Below are positions 1 through 4,093 of a stretch of 5,108 nucleotides of DNA, one piece after another. The notes beneath the pieces were generated by a model. That model did not search any database, had not been told where the DNA came from, and saw nothing but the letters and a program-made list of their open reading frames with translations. Position 1 is the stretch's first letter; each line of letters opens with the position of its first letter. The position numbers were made by a program, and so were the translations under genes. This DNA is from Selaginella moellendorffii (lineage: Eukaryota; Plantae; Lycopodiophyta): contig NW_003314748.1 in the NCBI RefSeq assembly GCF_000143415.4, positions 1 to 5,108 of the forward strand, given 5' to 3'.

Positions 1-94
1 TGAATATTTCTTATTATATCTACTATATACCATATTGATACAACAAAATTATGTTTAATTTTAATAATATAGTACCGAATCAATGAAATACTCT

Positions 95-452
95 TTCAGG
101 GAGGGCTGCCTACTTGAGCATGTCATCGAACAACGTGCAAGCCATGTTGATCCTATCCAGCTTACAAAACCCACCAATCAAGCAGCTGTACGTGATAACA
201 TCTGGATTGCAAAACTTGGCCTTCATTTCTCCAACAGCCTGTTCGCTTCCAGCACCCTTCCTGTCTTGCAAAGGCCGTCAATAAGTGTGTTGTATGTGTT
301 GATATCCAGAAGGCACCCTGTTGCTGTCATCTCTTCCATCAGCAAAAGTACGGAGTCTACCCTGTTGGTCATGAAAAAGCCATGGATCAAGCTGTTGTAA
401 GTCACCATGTTTGGCTCAATGCCCCAGACTGTCATTCTCATGATAATCTATG
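95..452 (-). pseudogene. P-class pentatricopeptide repeat (PPR) gene fragment, about 3.5 repeats, frameshifted
   Basis: Manual translation across a frameshift gives three consecutive 35-aa P motifs: MVTYNSLIHGFFMTNRVDSVLLLMEEMTATGCLLD / INTYNTLIDGLCKTGRVLEANRL(-1 bp at ~233-234)GEMKAKFCNPD / VITYSCLIGGFCKLDRINMACTLFDDMLK*AALPE. They are preceded by the end of another motif (HRL..MRMTVWGIEPN, probable second frameshift at ~442-443). There is an in-frame TAG at 110-112 (probably from CAG). PPR similarity stops at ~95 and ~452. Confidence 0.9.
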
Positions 453-699
453 GAGGATGAAGCTAGGGTTGTGTTGTTTGCAAGTGGTTGTCGTTCAACT
501 CACTATGGTCACTAAAGCCAAAGTTCTAAATGGAGTTCCAACATCTTGCAATATTGTATGTATCAACTTTATATTCTTCGCACCACTAACGATACCACTG
601 AGTGCTCAATTCTCCTTAAGCTCATTGAGCGCCAACTCAATCACTATGGGCATCTTGTCTTTAACAACATGTGGTACTTTTAACAACACTTGACTAATG

Positions 700-1500
700 C
701 ATATGAATAGACATCAAACTTTTAAAATGCACTAAATGCAAAAATTATGTATATACTACAAGGTTTTATGCTTGCTAAACACTCAAGGATTTTAAAATCA
801 CTTTTTATAACACTTTATAACCTCTTATACACTTACTATATATTAGATGTTGTTCTCCATTCAAGTAAAAATTTCTCAATCAAAAGAGATGATTAAACAT
901 GAAATATAAGCATAAACCAACAAAAAGCTTTAAAAAAAGACCTTTAAACTTTTTGTAGAAATCATGAAACCAAACTCTAAAAACATGTATAACAATCTTG
1001 TAAAAAAGTAAATTTAAAAATCTCACTCAAATACTCTCAAAACACTCACTAAATCTAACAAACACATATCCAAATAAAAAATATAAAGATTTTGTAACTG
1101 CCAATTCCTAAAAAAAAAATTTAGAGCTCGTTGAAAAGCTTTATCTAAGATTTATCTAGCCATGTAAGAAAGATTTATCTGCATTACTTAGAATTGCATG
1201 AGAATGCCTTAGACATTTTTTACACTCTAAATAAAAGAACCTAAGTGAAAAGCTCTATATATTATTTGATCTTGGATTAAAACTCACATATAAAGACTCT
1301 AGAAAAAGCTTACAAATAAATCTATCTGACAAGTTAAAGAAAGATTAAAATTGTTAGAATTAAAGTTAGCTCTTAAATACTTCACTAATTTATCCATCAA
1401 TATTTACTTTAGCTTTAGACTCTCTAATTCTTATATTATCACCCACTATATAGGTATAATCGACATTAGTTTTCCTAGAGTAATCCCCTTTTATTATTCC
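700..1500. other. AT-rich non-coding block, possibly a decayed transposon or other repeat
   Basis: No ORF in the track. Very AT-rich with A-runs and a G-poor plus strand. I see only two CpG dinucleotides (~1129, ~1461). No terminal repeats or transposase remnant recognised, so a TE origin is inference only. Confidence 0.35.
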
Positions 1501-1511
1501 ATATAAATTTA

Positions 1512-1570
1512 CCAAAACCCTGCGCTCCTCCTAGGGTTTGGGAGAGCACAAAGGACCTGCCAACCCTAAA
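1512..1570. promoter_or_regulatory. Telo-box-like motifs (AAACCCTA / AACCCTAA) with a small inverted repeat
   Basis: AAACCCT at 1515-1521 and AGGGTTT at 1533-1539 form an inverted pair with an 11-nt spacer. TAGGGTTT (1532-1539) is AAACCCTA on the minus strand, and AACCCTAA lies at 1562-1569. Telo-boxes are known plant promoter/5'-region motifs; function here is unproven. Confidence 0.3.
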
Positions 1571-1686
1571 AGTGGTTTCATTCATTTAAGGAACTGATTG
1601 CTTTGCCCCCTGAATATATTTAGCCCTAGATACTTTAAACATTTAATTTTTCGGTGAGATAGTTTTGACAGGATCTTGTTATCCAT

Positions 1687-1743
1687 CTTAGAGAAGATTA
1701 TTTTTGAGATTTCCACCAACAAGAGAAGACGAGAAGTTCTTAC
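1687..1743 (-). other. GT-AG intron (57 bp) of the PPCS pseudogene
   Basis: ATG|gtaagaac...ctctaag|ATG GAT AAC AAG ATC; phase 0; joins PWNSM to MDNKILS (family pattern PW.SM-.EHKIQS). Confidence 0.8.
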
Positions 1744-1844
1744 CATGGAGTTCCAGGGGATGTAGAAGTCGGAGACAGCCGCTGCAAAGTAAAACATAGC
1801 ATGCCTGCCAACTGGTTTCATGGCAGCTCTAACAATCTCTAAAT

Positions 1845-1896
1845 CTGCCACGAAAAACCATCATAGAAACCAGCGTTTGCACTGCACATTTCTTAC
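1845..1896 (-). other. GT-AG intron (52 bp) of the PPCS pseudogene
   Basis: CTC CAA|gtaagaaa...tttttcgtggcag|ATTTAGAG; follows the EYLQ motif. The downstream exon is one base short (reads ATT TAG in phase 0). Confidence 0.85.
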
Positions 1897-1956
1897 TTGG
1901 AGGTACTCAAAGAGCGTAGTGAACTCGAGCTTCAAGAGCTTCTTCTGGAGCACCGC

Positions 1957-2005
1957 CTGTTTTGATTCTTAAGAACTCAAGAAGAGAAACAAGAACTGAG
2001 CTTAC
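1957..2005 (-). other. GT-AG intron (49 bp) of the PPCS pseudogene
   Basis: CAT TCT|gtaagctc...tcaaaacag|GCG GTG; phase 0; restores the frame between GHHS and AVLQKKLLKL. Confidence 0.85.
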
Positions 2006-2058
2006 AGAATGATGTCCTGTGACTTCCCGAGTCACAACATCAAACCATTTTTCTCGTG

Positions 2059-2110
2059 CTGCGAAGCGGGAGTTAAACTCTCGAAGAAATAAATGGCAGA
2101 TTTCACTTAC
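2059..2110 (-). other. GT-AG intron (52 bp) of the PPCS pseudogene
   Basis: TGG G|gtaagtga...cttcgcag|CA CGA; consensus GTAAGT donor; phase 1 consistent on both sides. Confidence 0.88.
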
Positions 2111-2193
2111 CCCAGATTGATCCATCCACAGGCTCGAGACATTCTTGTATGGGATTATCCGGCAGCGAGCGGCAAAATGGCTGCATAGATCCT

Positions 2194-2251
2194 CTAAAAA
2201 GTATTTCATGAAAGTAGCCATTTGCAAAAGAAAAAACAGAGTGCTGCTTGC
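2194..2251 (-). other. Non-canonical GC-AG intron (58 bp) of the PPCS pseudogene
   Basis: CAT CGG AG|gcaagcag...tactttttag|A GGA TCT; phase 2 gives HRR-GS, matching the family pattern L.RRG. The AG|GCAAG context is typical of GC donors. Confidence 0.78.
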
Positions 2252-2297
2252 CTCCGATGAAGGCAAATCAACATCATAGTCACTTGCCAGGAAGTAC

Positions 2298-2374
2298 CTT
2301 GCAAAAAAATAAAAAATAAAATAATAAAATAGAAAAAAAAATTAAAGAAGAATGAGTAGAAAAGAATAACGCAC
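2298..2374 (-). other. GT-AG intron (77 bp) of the PPCS pseudogene
   Basis: ACA GA|gtgcgtta...T-rich tract...ttttgcaag|G TAC TTC; phase 2 gives STE-YFL. Confidence 0.85.
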
Positions 2375-2391
2375 TCTGTGGAGGCTGCTCA

Positions 2392-2415
2392 TCGACTCCC
2401 CGATCGACTCCCCGA
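2392..2415. repeat. Perfect 12-bp tandem duplication (TCGACTCCCCGA x2)
   Basis: Seen directly at 2392-2403 and 2404-2415; on the minus strand it duplicates the codons for SGSR inside the PPCS DNFSSG.RG motif. Confidence 0.95.
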
Positions 2416-2550
2416 GCTGAAATTGTCAATGACCCTAACGCATCGTCGCTCCACGTGCCCCCGGATGTAACAACAGCAATGTATATGAGCTATGAACCCT
2501 AAATTCGATAACCCATTTTATGAAGGTAAAGTTTCGGAAAAGTAGTAGAA

Positions 2551-4050
2551 TCAAGAGGAGCGTGAGTTTGCGAGCAGCACAAGAGAAGCTCCATCGCTGG
2601 GGCTCGAAAGCAAAGCTCGTTTCGTCACTCGAGCACCGTTTTTCCAGATTCTATCACCTCTGGAAGAACTTAGCATGGACGTCCAGTCCCACGAGTTGGG
2701 AAGAAAAGGCATGGTTTGCGCAAGCTCTTCCGCCGCATCCAGGTATCCCGCTCGCCCCAGCATGTCCACAATGCAGCAGTAGTGTTGCTTCCTGGCCGCC
2801 ACTCCGTAATCCAGACGCATGGAGTTGAAGTAGGAGCCGCCGACATTGGGCTCGCCCATTTGGCTGCTCGCCATCAGCACCAAAGTGAAGCAGGAATCGT
2901 CGGGCATCTCCACTAGCTTCATCTCTTCGAAGGAATCAAACACGTCGCTGGGGCTGCCGGCTTGGGCATATGCGGTCAGCATTGCACTGAAGGATTCAAC
3001 GCTGCGCAGGGGCATCGTTTGGAACACCTTCCTTGCAAGAGAAAGATGCCCGTTTTGAGCATACGCCGAGAGCATTGCGTTCCATGACACCAAGTTCTTG
3101 TCTGGCATTTCGTGAAAGACTCTTCTAGCCCCGGTAAGATTCCCTTGCAAGGAGTGTGATGTTAGAAGAGTGTTCCAGGTTGCAAGATTCCATGCCGGCA
3201 TTTTGTCGAGGATTTTCGTGGTTTCGTCCAGGAGGCCGCACTGGGAAAGTCCCATGGCTATGGCGTTCCAACACACGGCATCTACGTATGGAAGAGAATC
3301 AAAGAGGCAGCTAGCTTCCTCAAGGCGTTGGCTTTGGGCGTAGGCGACGAGCAGCGTTGTGACGGAGACAAGATCGTGCTGTGGCATCTGATTGTGAAAG
3401 AAGCGCTCAGACTCTTTCAGGAGGCCGCAGTGGACGTAGCCGGAGAGGATTGCCGTGCAAGTCGAGAGATTCCTCACACGCATGGCGTGGAAGAGCTCCA
3501 GAGAAGACTCCAGATGCCCGTGACGGGAGAATGCTGCAATTGCGCAAGTGCACGAGACGACATCGTGCTCCGGCATCTCTTCAAAAGTGCTTTCCACATC
3601 CGCGAGCTGAGATAAAGCCCCCAGCATCGTCGTCCATGAGACCAAGTTGCGAGCAGGCATTTTGCTAAAGACTACCTTGGCAGAATCAAGATGCCCATTT
3701 TCGGCAAAGGCAAAAAGCACCGCGTTTATGGAGAAAAGATCGTGCTCTGGCATCAAGTTTGTAACAGATTGTATTTCTTGCATTTGGCCTCTCTGGGAGG
3801 CAACAGAAATCATAGTAGTAAATGACACGAGGCTCCAGCACGGCATGCAGCTGAAGAACTTTCGCGCTTCCTCAAAGTGCCCGTTTTTGCAGTAGGCAAC
3901 CAGCAAAAGATCCCAGCTGAACTTGTCCCTCTTGGCCATACCATGGAAGATCTGAGCTGCATGCTTGATGTTACCACATCTACCGTGCATTTCAATTTGC
4001 TTGTTCAGGACGAAAACACTGCTTAGATATGAATTTCTAAAACACTCCAT
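2551..4050 (-). CDS. PLS-class PPR protein, E subgroup (putative organellar C-to-U editing specificity factor), 499 aa, intronless
   Basis: After an 11-aa leader there are 11 tandem short motifs (nine of 31 aa, one of 28, one of 32; e.g. LVSWNAMLSAYAQNGHLSLARKVFQTMPLRS). They are followed by P2 (VESFSAML..EMPD), L2 (DSCFTLVLMASSQMG..MRLDYGVAAR), S2 (KQHYCCIVDMLGRAGYLDAAEELAQTMPFLPN), E1 (SWDWTSMLSS..SPSD) and a 13-aa stub of E2 (GASLVLLAN). No DYW domain. The true start is uncertain. Confidence 0.92.
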   Translation of the reverse strand: MECFRNSYLSSVFVLNKQIEMHGRCGNIKHAAQIFHGMAKRDKFSWDLLLVAYCKNGHFEEARKFFSCMPCWSLVSFTTMISVASQRGQMQEIQSVTNLMPEHDLFSINAVLFAFAENGHLDSAKVVFSKMPARNLVSWTTMLGALSQLADVESTFEEMPEHDVVSCTCAIAAFSRHGHLESSLELFHAMRVRNLSTCTAILSGYVHCGLLKESERFFHNQMPQHDLVSVTTLLVAYAQSQRLEEASCLFDSLPYVDAVCWNAIAMGLSQCGLLDETTKILDKMPAWNLATWNTLLTSHSLQGNLTGARRVFHEMPDKNLVSWNAMLSAYAQNGHLSLARKVFQTMPLRSVESFSAMLTAYAQAGSPSDVFDSFEEMKLVEMPDDSCFTLVLMASSQMGEPNVGGSYFNSMRLDYGVAARKQHYCCIVDMLGRAGYLDAAEELAQTMPFLPNSWDWTSMLSSSRGDRIWKNGARVTKRALLSSPSDGASLVLLANSRSS

Positions 4051-4093
4051 GAGAGAAATTATTAATTACGATTTGATGGAACTGAGCAACAAT

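Larger units (their letters stand above)
1666..2489 (-). pseudogene. PPCS: Phosphopantothenate--cysteine ligase (phosphopantothenoylcysteine synthetase, CoA biosynthesis) unprocessed pseudogene, 7 exons and 6 introns, truncated at both ends
   Basis: Minus-strand exons: ~2489-2375 (IAVVTSGGT../ERRCVRVIDNFSSGSRSGSR*AASTE), 2297-2252 (YFLASDYDV/ICLHRR), 2193-2111 (GSMQPFCRSLPDNPIQECLEPVDGSIW), 2058-2006 (REKWFDVVTREVTGHHS), 1956-1897 (AVLQKKLLKLEFTTLFEYLQ), 1844-1744 (LEIVRAAMKPVGRHAMFYFAAAVSDFYIPWNSM), 1686-1666 (MDNKILS). These match the eukaryotic PPCS signatures TSGGT.VPLE...VR.IDNFS.G.RGA.S.E, FTT.FEYLQ and MFYLAAAVSDFY.P in the correct order. Lesions: ~10-bp deletion at ~2453, 12-bp duplication at 2392-2415, TGA at 2389-2391, +1 bp at ~2270, -1 bp at ~1843. 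Confidence 0.93.

Noticed and set aside
83-400. Plus-strand 105-aa ORF
   Set aside because: Antisense shadow of the P-class PPR fragment; no recognisable motif.
382-693. Plus-strand 103-aa ORF as a real gene
   Set aside because: No recognisable family; it starts antisense to the PPR fragment and spans an apparent junction. Kept only as an unidentified segment.
1582-1851. 89-aa ORF as a standalone CDS
   Set aside because: It begins at a GTG inside an intron and combines one PPCS exon, a 57-bp in-frame intron, 7 further PPCS codons and unrelated sequence.
1907-2266. 119-aa ORF as a novel protein
   Set aside because: Chance read-through of PPCS exons and introns, mostly in the wrong frame; only REKWFDVVTREVTGHHS is in the true frame.
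2303-2341. A-rich run as a retroelement poly(A) tail
   Set aside because: It is the T-rich tract of the 77-bp PPCS intron on the minus strand.
2391-2415. Short direct repeat as a CRISPR-like or satellite array
   Set aside because: Only two adjacent 12-bp copies with no spacer, inside a eukaryotic exon.
2452-2457. CACGTG G-box
   Set aside because: Lies at the inferred deletion junction inside a PPCS exon, not in a promoter context.
2490-2590. Frameshifted E+/DYW deaminase domain downstream of the PPR
   Set aside because: No PG box, HxE or CxxC-like motif seen after the stop; the sequence passes into PPCS within about 60 bp.
2520-3995. Several short ORFs overlapping the PLS-PPR (2520..2828, 2716..2916, 2846..3058, 3328..3615, 3381..3668, 3647..3895, 3810..3995)
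   Set aside because: Antisense or off-frame shadows of a GC-richer coding region; no independent motifs.
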